Assembly: GCA_023213395.1 (NCBI GenBank)
Contig: CM041465.1
Span: forward strand, 213,845,741-213,909,740
DNA: 64,000 bases
From: Cycas panzhihuaensis
Taxonomy: Eukaryota > Plantae > Cycadophyta
Direction: 5' to 3'
The position numbers and the translations under genes were made by a program. Positions within the stretch are counted from its first letter, which is position 1; the number at the start of each line of letters is the position of its first letter. The notes under the pieces were generated by a model that saw only the letters and a list, made by a program, of their open reading frames with translations, was not told the DNA's origin and made no database searches. This document shows, piece after piece, positions 29,745 through 43,500 of the stretch.

Positions 29745-31000
29745 CATGCGCGTGTGAAAGGACCGAATGGTACCAGGCAACCTACCTTGCATGGAATTTA
29801 TAGCATTAATTCCTTGATGACTTTATCCCTAGCTTACCTTTTACGCAGTGTGGCCTTACATCTATGGGGTCCATTATACTTTGGGTGGGTGGATCGGGTA
29901 TCAGATTATGTTGTGTCAGACCTTTGTCGCAGGTCAATAATAACTTCGATGGAGATCCAACAAAAGAAAATGGACGATGGAAAGACCGCAGGAGAATCGA
30001 TCCATCACAAATTGTGCATCTGGCCTTGTGGTACCCATTCATCCGTATTGATTGTACGCAGAAAGTAGAATACGAATGTGTTTTGAACGAGGTAAGTCGA
30101 GCCATCCCAAGTTTTTAGTTTTACATGCAGGTGGCCAAGAATTTTAACCGGAGCAGGACGAACCCGGCACCATGTCGGTTCCCCTGACGCGTCTCTGCAG
30201 AAGGAATCCCGAAAAGAGGAATGGGGTCGGTCGTGTAGTGCGGAATCCATGCGCAGCAAATGCCTACAAACAAAAGTCTTGGAAGCTTTTGGCCGTGCAG
30301 TGATGATTCTTTGCATTGGGAAGCGAAACCCTCAAAAGGAAATGGTCTGCACCCTTCTATTATTACTCAATAAAACGGGAATCTGGACGATGATGGTGGT
30401 GTAGGGGAATGCGAAAGTCTTTGGATTTATTATAACGTTGCAGGAGCCTCAGAAAATGATGATCTTCTTCGCAGTCACCTGGCGGTTAATAAAATGGCAT
30501 CTCGGTTCTTCTTCTTCTTCTGGGGCAGAATGGCAGGGCCGTGTTTCAGTTTTTGACCGTTACGAGCGGGCGGGGCCCATGGACCGTAGGACGTGTGGTG
30601 TCCACGTGCTCTGTTAAACTTCAGATATTTTTAAACAAGTGGGACGGTTGGTTGGGTTTGTGTGTGAAGCAGCCTGAAAGGCAGCAGCAGTTGGCAGTGG
30701 TCACTAGGAAGCGGGGATGGGGAGTGGGGAGAATCAGAATCCGTGACCTGCCTGACGTTATGTGCTTTTTTAGCCTGCAGTTTTATGAAACCAGAGATAC
30801 CCGGGAGGCATTTTATCTTCGTTTGAGCAGCCCAAGGTTTCCTATAATTACATTTGGGGTGTTTCCCAAAATCTCCATTGAAGTCTAATAAATGGCCCTT
30901 TAATTGCTTAGAAAATTATAACACCCAGAGCACAAAAGGATCCAAAATACAAAGACTTTCGCAATGCAATCTGGCGTGAGGAGGAATATGCTTGCCTTCG
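29745..31000. promoter_or_regulatory. CpG-rich island; candidate promoter or gene 5' end
   Basis: About 50 CpG in 1.25 kb versus about 6 in 27420-28680. Contains site II GGCCCA (30574), ACGTGT (30591), G-box CACGTG (30603), TTGACC (30553), TGACG (30753) and a (CTT)n run at ~30508. Confidence 0.65.
29838..30105 (-). CDS. Candidate first coding exon of an unidentified host gene (speculative)
   Basis: ATGGC start, 89 open codons with an S/T/R-rich, acid-poor N-terminus, ending at the consensus donor AAG|GTAAGC. It lies in the CpG island. No homology was recognised. Confidence 0.25.
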
Positions 31001-32439
31001 TGCTTATTTATTGTCAATTAGGTGGTCCATCCACTGCACTCCTTGTGCCTTTAACCACAACTTGTTCATCAATTGCCCTTGGTTTGTTTAACAATTTGAA
31101 TAGTAGTTTTGAAGGTTTTTCATCCTAGTCTTTTGGGTGGTGTTGGTTTTAGAGGCCATGGAAAAAAGGCATACCATTGATGATAATTTGGGGAATCAAA
31201 GTTGTCTCAATGTTGGTCGAGTGGATGAAAATTTTGTGGGCTCCGCTATATATTGCTCTTTACTCTTCTTTGATTGCTTGGGGGCATACCCTTCCACTTT
31301 CCCTTGAGGTGAATGAGCATTTGCAGCTTTAATAATAAAATTGAGGACAATCTAGTAGATTACCAAGCAATATGAAACTTTTGAAATGTGTTTTAGCATA
31401 TTAATTTTTATCACATGAGCAATCAAGGAAGCTTGAAATTAGACAAATCAAGGTGCTCGAGCACCTCAAAAAGCCAAATATTAATTGAATCCCTATTATA
31501 AGTTAGAAAAAAGGGATAAAGAATCCAATGCACCTCTTCAAATGTATACGATCAACCTATTGAAATAATAGGTTTCAGAGATATATTCCACCATAGCAAT
31601 AAGCTCCATCTTCTTATTAAATTGAGTTGCATTTTAATATTGTAACAAAAAGTAATTCACATAATATTCATCAATTCAACAATATGAAGCAAATCATAAA
31701 GCCAAAGTAGGTTTAGTCTTTGGGCAAGGTGTTGGAGTTTCCATTCTATAGTCCAAAATTTAAATTCTACAAAGGCATATGTTGTGTGTTGTCTTGATGT
31801 GTGGATTTGACATACACCACATGTCAAATATATTGGCAAGTGTATGCATGTAATATTTTTTGATATATCAAAACATTATTCAATTAAAAGAATAAGAAGA
31901 AGCAAATCATAAAAATCCTTACCATACTTAAAAGCAACTCAATGAAAGTAGGCCAATATATATAAGATCAAGGTTGTGAGCAATATTGGGCATTTAGATG
32001 TTCATTTGTGATCTTTTTTTTTTTAAGGTAAAACATATGTCATTAAGTTATAAAATCAATTGCAATACAAGAGGCTAAAGAGCCCATTAGAAAATATCCC
32101 CACACAAAGGAAAAAGCAAGTTGCAAGGAGTTGTAGGTCAAGCATGATTGATGGGTAATAGAAAATTGCGCTTAATTATAATTAATTTTCTTGCTGAGTA
32201 TCATAGAATATTGTATATTGATATAGGCAAGAGACTTCAATGTAAAGGAAGTATCATATAAAATGAGTTGGTTCAAGACGTTAAGAATGTGGATAAGATT
32301 ATCTAGATCCTTATTTATTATTAATAACATGTGAGAATGATTACTGAGCAAACAATAGAAAATAGCACCCTTTTTGTTGCAAATAATTGATTCATTAATT
32401 CAAAAATTTTACATATATGGTATTATTAAAAAAAAAAAA

Positions 32440-33300
32440 ACTAGGAGAGAATGGCATCTCCACCATTCTATTCTACAATTACATCAAAAACTCCCCTCAT
32501 AGGGAATGCATCAAAATATAATTATAATAAAGCCTTATAGGTTCACGACTAAACACCATAAATTAGGTGGACTCCTACTCCCATCCACTAATAGAAGGAA
32601 TATATCCTTAACCCCAACCATTATATCTTTTATTAGTGAGATACTCTCTCAGCTTCTACCCTTTGTAAGTGACAAGTTTAATGTTGATCAATGCTAACAC
32701 TTGGATGATGCTCTACCCATTCAATTTCAAATTGACCAACTAGCTTGGGTATGAGAAATCAAGTGGTGTTATCGTTGAGGCAAGGATGAGTAATTGCATC
32801 TTCAACTACTCCTCCCATCTAGAGCAACTTTATTGAGGTTCAACCAACCTTGAGCTTCCTTTTTTTAGTGGGACTATAGACACAGTGTAGGGCATTGGGC
32901 CCTAGTACATATAAGCTCAAGTAGGTGAGTCAATTCCACCTAGAATTTGTGAGCTTCAACATTGATCTACAAGGCACATGCGTTAAGGATTATTAGGAAT
33001 AGATGATATAGGAAGGTATGCATGGGTGTTTGTGTTGGAAAAATATAGTATTTCTAAATTTCTAGATTGCATATAAGACCGCAATTCTTAAAAGCTCTCA
33101 GGCATATTAAAACATGGTAGAGAAGACCAGGGTATCTCTAAGGAAGACAACATTCCATTCTATGTCTGTGATCACTATTGATTAGATAAAAGTGCTAACT
33201 AAGCTTTATAACGATCTAATGAAGAACAACACCAAAATATGTGGAGTATCATTTCTTTATGACAATAAAGCGTGTGTGCCATATTGTTACAACACAATTT
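32440..33300 (-). mobile_element. Degraded LINE ORF2 3' fragment
   Basis: AVLYAI*KFRNTIFF (~33036-33082) matches the W.IWK.RN..IF motif of plant L1 ORF2. Boundaries are approximate. Confidence 0.5.
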
Positions 33301-36300
33301 GACTAGATAGCCTTTGACTACTAGTCCATCATGGAGAGTTGACCAAGTAAAAAATATCTTGGATTTTACAGGTAGCTACTATAGTCTTTTAAAACAATAT
33401 CTTCAGGTCAACTCATTACATTTACTATCTTGTATTTTGTTTAGCCTATTTGCTATCCTATCACAATTGATAAGATTTTAGTAAACATGTGTAGTAGAGA
33501 ATCTCTTAAATGGTTTTGAATGATTCTAGGCCCAGTCACACTACTTGAGATTCGCCTATGGTTTCCACCACACAAGAGTCTTATCAAATATTTATACCAC
33601 CTTAGATAATTCTTTATTATAGAGGCTAAAATTGATTTTGCTATAATAATTTCCAATCCTCTAATAAAAGTTGAATCTCCATAAGGAAATTACACAAGTG
33701 CAAAATCACTTTATATTGTTGGGCCACTTTGAGGGGGCAACCTCTAATACACAATATCTCAATGCTCAAAAGATGTCCTTTATAAGAGTGTAGAGGACAT
33801 ATATATAAGGTTACTAAGGCTACTCATCCCTCTTGACTAATGCATATGGGACAATTACAATAAGATACTAGTGAAGAAGAAGAAGAAGAAGATACATTAA
33901 AGAGAGAAGAGAAGGAATGTAACATATTGAAAGCGAGTCTGATACATAACAAGTTCCTCCCTTAAAAATCTTTGCCCTTAAATATTAAGTAATTTAGGAT
34001 ATTCTTAAGACAATTTGCTCACCCTCTTATGTTGAATCTTCCCATGATAACTACTTCCATTTGATGAGGTACTTTTGAATCTATTAGGAATGTAAGTTTT
34101 GCATCCTTACCTCAGGGATTTGTTCTGGTATCAAATGGAGTTGTGCTTCATCATCCAAGAGTGGGAGTTCAATCTGTGTGTGTGCTTATTAGCCAATGAC
34201 CCTTTTTAAATAGGATATATGAAAGATATTATGGAGCTTAGATGTTGCTAGCAACTCCAAGGCATAGGCTACCTCACCCATATACTTAAGGACCTAATAT
34301 GGCCTATAGAGTCTTGGCACAAGCTTATGTTTAGTGTCTCCTTTAAGTGATGTTTGCTTATAAGGTTGTAGCTAGAGGTAGACCAATCTCTTAGTTGGAA
34401 CATTTGCCCACTTTATTTTTTGTCTGTTTATTGTTTCATCCTATTTTGAGCCAAGTTGAGGTTATAATTTAGTATATGGAGTACGTCAACTTGTTGTTAT
34501 AGATGCTCCTCCACTACTTGCACCCTTGAAGTTTGCATGATATAATTTTTTATGGTTGGCAGTGGATACCCATATAAAGCCTAAAATGGGGTCATTTTTA
34601 TAGACATATAAGAAGTTATATTTTACCACCATTCCGCTAAAGGAAGCCATTGATACCAATGATTCTATTTATTGAGATATAACAATGAATATATCCCGTT
34701 AAACACTTGTTGACTATCTTCATTTGTCTGTCTATTTATGGATGGTAGGATGAGCTCATAGTTAGCTTGGCACCTAATGTTTAGAAAAGTTCTATCCAAA
34801 ATTAGTTGGTGAATTTAGGATCCCTATCACTAACAATCTTTTTTGGCATTCCATGGAGTTGATGTATTTCCTTCAAGAATATTTCAATAATCTATTTTGC
34901 CTTATAAGTAGATTAAATGGCACAAAAATGAGCATATTTTGTTAACTTATCTACCATAAGAAAGATTGTATTTCTTCCATTTGATTTGGGTAATCCTATG
35001 ATAAAATCCATGGATATCTCTTCCCATTTGTGATCAGGTACAGGTAGAGGTAGTAGTAGTCTAGGAATTATTTTAGACTATCATAATCAATTTTTATCTT
35101 GAAGTGTACCCCAAGAAGGTATTAATGACATTTTTTGGTTGCATATAAGATTGTCATCATTTCCTTTTCATAGGTGGACTTACGTAAGTCCCTCAATTGT
35201 AGCCTTTGACTCTCAAAAGCTAAGGGTCATCTATCTTACATGAGTAACACTCCCAACCCCTATCTTGAGGCATCACATTTAATAGTAAATATTTTGGTGA
35301 AGTTGGGTGTTGCTAACACTGGCATAGTAGTCATGGCTTCTTTTAGTATTGCAAAGGCTTCACTTGCCATCATTGTCCACTAGAATGAGTCATTCTTAAG
35401 CAATTATATTATGGGTGTTGCTATCCTAGTATATCTCTTAAAAAAGATTTGGTAGTATCCTGTCAATCCCACGAATCCTCGAAGATCTTTAATGTTTTTA
35501 AGTTGGGCCTAGTTCTATACAGTGACAATCTTTTTTGGGTTAACCTTTACTCCATTTTTAGAAATCATATACCCTAAGTATTTTGACTCCTTACCAAAAT
35601 TACATTTGAATATTTTAATATATAGTTGGTTATCTTCCAACAATTTCAAGGCCTTATCCACATGTTGAAAATGCTCTTCGATTGTTTGACTATATATGAG
35701 GATGCCATTAAAAAGACCAAGATAAATTTCCTTAAGTACAGATAGAAGATTTTATTTATAAGTCTTTGGAATATGGCTAGTACATTAGTAAGGCCAAAGG
35801 GTATAACTAGGAATTCATAATGACCATGGGTTTGAAAGGCTATTTTGTGCACATCTTCTATCTTGACCTTAATTTGGTAATAACCAGATCAAAGATCTAA
35901 AGATGTGAATATAGTTGTACCATGTAATTCATCAATCACTAAAATAGAAAATTTATCCTTGATTGTGTTTTTGTTTAACTCCCTATAATTAACATACATC
36001 TAAAATGGTCCATCCTTTTTTCTGACTGGTATGATTGGGGCAAAAAAGGCACTTTTTCTCTCTTGGACAACACTTGCATCTAGTAATTCATATACCAAAC
36101 TTTTAATTTTATTCTTTTTTGGGTATAAATACTTGTATGGTTGTATGCTAAGTGGGTGACTCCTAGGGACAAGCTCAATGACATGGTTGTGCTCTTATTG
36201 TAGTGGGAGTTCTTTGGGGTCTTTGTCAAAGACTTAAGGATGGTTTAGTAGAACTTCTTATAATTTTAGTAATAGGTGAATATTATTAGTTATGTATTTT

Positions 36301-37535
36301 CCAATTAGGTAATGTTGACATGTGATTGCATAATACCTTACAATTAGCCCTGTGCTTCCCTTCTGTATCAACTTCTCCATCCTATGTTATCTAGCGACTT
36401 GTGATGGAGGTGGGGTGATTCCATTAAGTTGGTACTCTTAACCTTCTAAATTGAATTGAATGAACAACTCTTATAGGTTAAGTTGAATGGTGCTAAGTAT
36501 CTTTAATTATTAAACTCCTAAAACCACATTGATACCTCTAATGAGAATTACAAATATTAAAGTTAATAAATGATACTCTCCCATGGTAAGCTTGATATTA
36601 TGGCATTTTCCACCACAAGATAGTGTTCTTCTACTAGCGACCATGACTAGGAAGTTCTTTATTAGATATATGAAACAATTGAACTCTTCATCCAGTTTCC
36701 TATTAATGAAATTATGGGTGCTTCTTAAGTCAATTAAGATAACCACTTGTTTTTTCTTGATATACCCAATAATTTTAAGAATTTAAGGAGTTGCAATTCT
36801 AACTAAGGCATGGATTGAGATGGATGTAATATCTTCATCACCATCTATTCATGATTCTGGTGACTGGAACATGTTCATGTGGTTGTTCTAGAATATTTTC
36901 TTCTCTTATTTCTCATCCTATCTATCCCCGATGATAAATAATTATTTCTTAGAACATCGATGGTCCTTGTGCTATTTTTTGGTTGCATCTAAAGCACAAC
37001 CCTTTTGAACTATTCTCATTAACTTCTTGTATGGTTATTCATCAAATAATTAGTAAGTGCAACATGATAGGGGTATGTAATGTATGTGATGGTATTCTCT
37101 TATATGTATATGATTGCATGGATTGTTAGGATACCTTACTTTTTACTTCAATATAGTGTGCTAGTCTTATGGCTTGTGTGATCTATGTAGGATTCAAAAG
37201 ATAGAGTTTATGTTTAATCTCATCTCAAAGTCTACCAATGTATAGTTCTAGCATTTGTTCCTCAAGTTCTCAACTCGCGTGGAGAGGTATTGGTATGTAG
37301 AGGTACACTCTAAAATTGTGTTGTCTTTTTAAATCTTAGTGAGCTGACTAAAATAGTCATTACCCCAAATATTATCATATTGGATCTCATGGTCCTTGAC
37401 AGAATAGTCCCAATTATAATTTAGTCCATTGACCTTCTTCTTCACCCATTAGTACCACTAGTAAGGCTCATATTCCATATGAAGAGAGACTATTAATATC
37501 TTTTTATCTTTTGGGATTTGGTAAAGGGTAAAGTA

Positions 37536-40500
37536 TATTAAAACTATTTAATAGAACCTTCATTCCTTATACATTTATAATTTTATGTATATGTTATTTT
37601 TAAGAACCCTTGATGTAATTTAATCTTATTTGATATTAAGGTCAGATCTGCCTCATGTGCCATTAAGTTAGCCTATCAAATGTCATGTCATAGGGGTGGA
37701 TGGCCTATATATTATGCCCCATACCTTTGTACAATATATTATTCTGATGTTAATGCAGAAGCTCTACCCAAAAGAGAGCCTTACAATGTGATGAATTCAC
37801 TTGTAATATTGTCAGTCATTTTGTTTTATTTATTTGCATGCTTCTTTGATTATTTCAATCATTTTGCTTGATATTTATTGATTAGTGCATATGTATTAAA
37901 GATTTTGATGTTCTTAACATAGTATCAGAGCTATATATGCCTAATTTAGTATCATTTTTAAAGTTATTTTAATGTTTTGAGGCTCGTTTACTTAATTTCC
38001 TTCAAGTTCTTATCAAACATCTAAATATTGTATAGCCTTGAAGCAACATGTAGCTAGTTCCAGTCATTTACAGCCTTGTGCAATAGTTCATATGCTCATT
38101 TGATCTTATACAGGATTTGGCTCAAAGTTGATGAAGGAAAACAGATGAAATATCACATTTTCATTCATTTCAACCATAAAGTGGGTCATTTTTCTTTGTT
38201 AGATTATCTATCCTTTTAGCAACCCTGCATCCACTTACATAGTCTGTTAAAAGAGTTTTGAGGTGTTCTCAGACAATTTTAGGCTAAGTTTCACTCAATT
38301 AGGCCCACATAGACCCCTAGACTTTGACATCTCTATTCTCTTCTATATGAACCTTTTTTTTTTTAATTCCACTTCCACTGGGTCCCTCTCATCATTGTAT
38401 CCCTTCCTCTAAAATTTGGTCTCATTCTGAAGCCGTTTAATCCCCATTAGGGTTGTACACCTCTCCACGGGTCGCTTCTTCATGTATTGGTCGTGCAACT
38501 TTACGACAAGTTTTGTTTATTAAAAAATCTTATAATTTTTCATTATGATTCAACTTTAAACATTCAAATTAATTTAAATTTAATTTTTGGTTGAAATCTG
38601 GCTTTTATCCCCCAGATTTAATCATATTAAGTTACTATATGACTCTCTTTTGGTTTAAAAGGGTAGACTCTAAAGAAGATTAAGCTATATTTGACTCTTT
38701 TTATATAATAAAAAATTATTTAGTTGTTTGTGATAAATTTTTAGATCTATAAGTCCCTTAGCTATGTTAGCAAGTGGTCACATGTAACCAACAAGCGACT
38801 AGAGCCCATTTTAGAGGGGGGTTAACCCCATCTTCACTTATTTTTTGACATAAAGAGGTACCTACATTGTTCCTGCAATATCTCCACAACCTTATGTCCA
38901 TTGTACAAATTATCTAGGCCATCAAAAAGTAGATTCAGAGCTTTATAGCTTAAAATTAAGTTGAATTAATTTTGTATCTAATTTATTGGAGATAGTGGCT
39001 ACTAAATTTAGCGTTAATAATTGAGTTTATTTAGCCTTATTTTTCAAGTTTTAAAGACTTATTTTAATTTCTTTGAGATTCTTTTATTAGCTTAGACTGT
39101 GGCTGATCTTTTTTAGCTATCTAATTCTAATTTCTAAGGCTAATTAGTGTATTGTATTGTTTCTTGTGTAGATATTGCTCTTGGAAGTTTAACGAAGTTC
39201 ACTCTTGAGCTTGGCCCATCAAAGAGCTTTCTAAACCTATCTTTATCATTTTAATTTGCTTTATTTCATCTGCTTTTCATTTATTACTTGAAAAGGAGAC
39301 TCTTATTTGTAAGAAACTTACATTAAAAAATTAAACTTTTATATTAAAAAGATATTTCTGAAATTGAACCCCCTTTTCTAGCCTTGTAAGGGGAACGATT
39401 AGGACCCCTAAAGTTACCACCCTGCACATGCCTTTAGTAGACTCTAATTTATTGAGAAAACCATTAGCTATCAGGTGTAATTGGTGGAAGGCTAAGGTGG
39501 AGACATTTTCTCTTGGAGTTTAGAAACTAGGCTAGACTCAAGGAGGTGAGTGCCTTGGTTAGTAAGTTCTCACTGCTAGATCTACTGTTAGGCATAAGTC
39601 TAACACAAGTGGAGAAACAAATCAGAGGAGGTCTTAAGACCTTCTTTATAGCCCATGTACTAAGGTATATTAAGCCTTGATCTCATATATTGGTATATCG
39701 AGTCCTTAGTTTGCCACTTGTGGGCAAGCACCACTAGACATGATAGTAACTAAAAACTTTTTTGGATACCCTTAACGTTAAGATCTTATATTAATAGCCA
39801 CTTAGGTAGATTAGTTCCTTATTATATAAAGACTTTAAAGATATAAAACCAAATACAAAAACTTTGAAACATGGAATTACAAATGCTTATTTCCAACAAT
39901 ATTAAACTCAATAGTATAAATAATTTTATATCATAGAAGAAACAAATTAAAAACTTACTTGACATAAACAAACTTTGGGCCTATGTTAATGGGGACATAC
40001 CCCTTCCGGTACCTACCCAAGACTCTAATGATTCTACCAAAACAATCCTACTTAATCGTGTAGCCTTAATAAACTTCAAAGCTAAGGACAATATTGTCTT
40101 ATCTTTCCTCCACTTGGTTGTTGAAGATTAAGTGGATCAAAATATTAAAACTACCTAAACATCTCATGAGGCATGGACAATACTTTATACCCTCTATGAG
40201 ATAAAAGATGAATCTAGATCTCTAATACTGAAAGCATTCCTTTTTATAATGCCCTTTATTAGAAATGTTACCAACCATTTAATCGAAGTAAAAATAATTA
40301 GAAACCAGTTGATTATCCTTGGTAAGCCACCTTTCGACTATGATTTGATCTCTAATATCATTAACATTCTTCTTATTGAATACAACTCCTTTGTATCCAA
40401 ACTACATGATAAATATTCCAAGATGGATTTTATAACGTTTAAGGGGCTCTTGCTTTGAGAGGAGAATATAATCAATCAACTAGGAGTGACATTAACATCT

Positions 40501-43500
40501 GACTTAGCTCTTACCTTTGTAGCCTGAAATTTAGAAAAAGATAAGTTTATCAATAGAGCATCCCAATAGCTTAGTCAATAATAAGACTTAGCTCAACACT
40601 TAGACTCTCTCTCTCTATATATCATAAGATTCACATTAATAACCAACTCATTATAGCTTGTTAGTATCTCCTCTTCCTCTTATCCAACTCAGTAGTCTCA
40701 ATACCAACCATAGGGATAATCTCAAAAAAATTAGTAGGGCAAACCAAATATCACTTGCCTCTACTATGGCAAAACTGGACATCTAGTTATTGAATGCAAG
40801 AGACGATATACTAATTTGTAATTCTTACAGAACCAAGGGAGCTAAACATATAGGCTATATTATCAACAACTAACTCCCATTTGTCAACAAGAAGCACACT
40901 TATACCATTAAGGAAGTCCTAGTTACACTTAATAAAGACAAGGAATCTCTTATCATCAAGGAGGACAATGCCCTCCTAAGGATCCCATTTTTCACAATAA
41001 GGAGGCCATCTTTTACAACAAGGAGGCCCTTATTATCAACTGGGTGGTCCTATTCAACAACAAGGAGGCCCTTTCTACCTATAAGGAAGGCCATCATACC
41101 AACCTCAAGGCCAATTCTACTAGTAGAATTAGAATCCGAGACCCACATAAGGATAAAGTCCTCAGAATAGGCAATGATTCTTAAATAGAAATTAAAGGAA
41201 CTAATAGAATAATCAATAATAGGTAGGTAATATAGGAGATAGCTAGGAATCCTCCTCCCATAAGCTATTCTTTATAGCACTTTCATTACAACTTGATGAG
41301 ACTACATGGCTCCTTGATTCTGGCGTAACGAGACACATGATAGGTATAAAAAAGATATTGGAAGAGACCCAACCAATCAACACTTAAACTATCATATTTA
41401 GAGATAACCTAACTTATAATATAACTAAAATTAGTAGGGCACCAATAACATTAAAGGACTCTGATATTAGACATCATATAAACAATGTGTTTCTTGTACT
41501 TGGTATGAAGATGAACCTGCTTTCCATTGGCCAAATGGATAAGTAGAAATTAGATGTCCTCTTTAGCCAGGACATTTACCAAATTATAGACCATGTTGTA
41601 GGTAGACTTGTGGCCATAAGACATGAAGATAGTTCCCCTTGCCACTACTTCATAACATGAATCTTATTCAATGGTTAATACAACTCAATATAATAAGGGG
41701 AAGGATGTAATTAATGAAGAGTTTCCTTGTATATAAGAACCTGGAGAATGCTTTAATTCAAAGGATGATGTCATCATAAATAGCTCTAAAGACTATCTAT
41801 GGCATCAACACCTAGGTTATTTGAATATGCAAAGCTTGAACCTTATGTCTAGTCTAAAAATGGTATAAGATCTACCTAAAATCAAGAGATATCGCAATAT
41901 ATCTAAGGACTGCTTAAAGGGAAAGCAACAAAGAGAAAAATTCCCTTCCAAGAATGCATGGGGAGCTTCATAACCATTAGAGTTAGTCCACTTAAACATT
42001 TGTAGCCCTATGTTTATCTAATCTCTCAATAGAAGTTGATATTTTATTACTTTCATAGATGACTTTTTAAGGAAAGTGTGGGTCTATTTCTCGGGAAATA
42101 AATATCAAGCCCTAGACAGACTTAAAGAGTTTAAAGTTACTATAGAAAATAGAAGTGGAATGATAATCAAGATCCTTAGATCCTTAGATATGACAATGGT
42201 GATAAGTATATTTTAAATCAATTCAAAAACTTTTGCAAGGAACATGGTATCTAACATCAATCCTTTGCTCGTCACACACCTCAACAAAATGGTGTAACTA
42301 AAAGGATTAATCTTTCTTTCATCAATAAAGGAAATGCCATGCTTAGTGTTATTAACATTACCACCAAATTTTGGGCTGATACCATTGCCACAACTTCTTA
42401 CATAACCAACATAAGTCTCATAGTTGTAGTTAAGAATATTACTCCTAAAGAAGCTTGGTCAAGATAAAAACCATCTATAGCACACTTGAAGATCTTTGGA
42501 TGCACAGTATATAAACATTCCCTAAAAGATAATAGAAATAATCTTGATGTCAAGAGCCTTAAGTGCATCTTCCTTGTCTATGTACTTGGTTGCAAAGCCT
42601 ATAAGGTATCTAATATAGTTGGTAACCAAGCTTACATGATACATGATATAATATTTGTAAAAGAACCTTAGGAACTAATACCTCCTCAACCTTAGATAAT
42701 AGCAACAAAAGAAGTTGATGCATCTCAAGTGAGCCTTGGACAAATTCTAGAGTAATTAACACTAGTCTCATCATATACATGAGGTCCCTCATCAATTCCA
42801 TTAATATTTTTATCATTCGCTTAAATAAGTACAACCTTGCTTTCCATTTTAGTTGATGACCTTTAGGTGGAAGCCACTAGCTTCCATCCACCTCCTAAGT
42901 GGGTACAATAACTCCTAAAGAATACTCCTCCTCCTCTTATAGTTGCAAAATGACATTAGAAGATGAGACACTCTACAAACTTTGCCCTCATGACACATGT
43001 CCTTGAAATACCTAAGCCTTCCACATTTGAGGAGGTAGTCAAAGACCAAATATAGAAAGCAATTATGGATGAAGTTATGACTTCTATCTTAAAAAATGAA
43101 ACTTCAGATTTGACTAACTTGCCATATAAGAAGAAAGCAATTAATTATAGATGGTTATATAAGACTAGGTTCTATGTAGGTAATACTATAGAGTATCATA
43201 AAAATTTCCTTATAGTAAGAGGTTTCAAATAATAGGAAGGGATTGACTATGACGAGACCTTTACATTAGTAGCCAACATGACTACATTCCATTTGGTTAT
43301 ATCCCTAGCAACTCAGTTTGGATGGTCTATTTACCAAATGGATGTGAAGAGTACTTTCCTCAATAGAGAGCTCAAAGAAGAGGTTTTCTTGAAACAATCC
43401 CGAGGCTATCCTGTTCTAAGACAAGAACACTTAGTTTGTAGACTCAAGAAAGCCCTTTATAGACTCAAGTGGACACAATGTGCTTAGTATGCAAAGATAG

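Noticed and set aside
30092-30130. GTAAGT...TGCAG plus-strand intron
   Set aside because: At 39 nt it is below normal plant intron size.
30295-30352. C/D snoRNA-like GTGATGA flanked by a GTGCAG/CTGCAC inverted repeat
   Set aside because: There is no D box (CTGA) before the closing stem, and a 6 bp repeat is expected by chance.
37680-37871. 63 aa ORF duplicated at 44699-44890
   Set aside because: It lies in the two Copia LTRs; the duplication is explained by the LTRs and no domain is recognisable.
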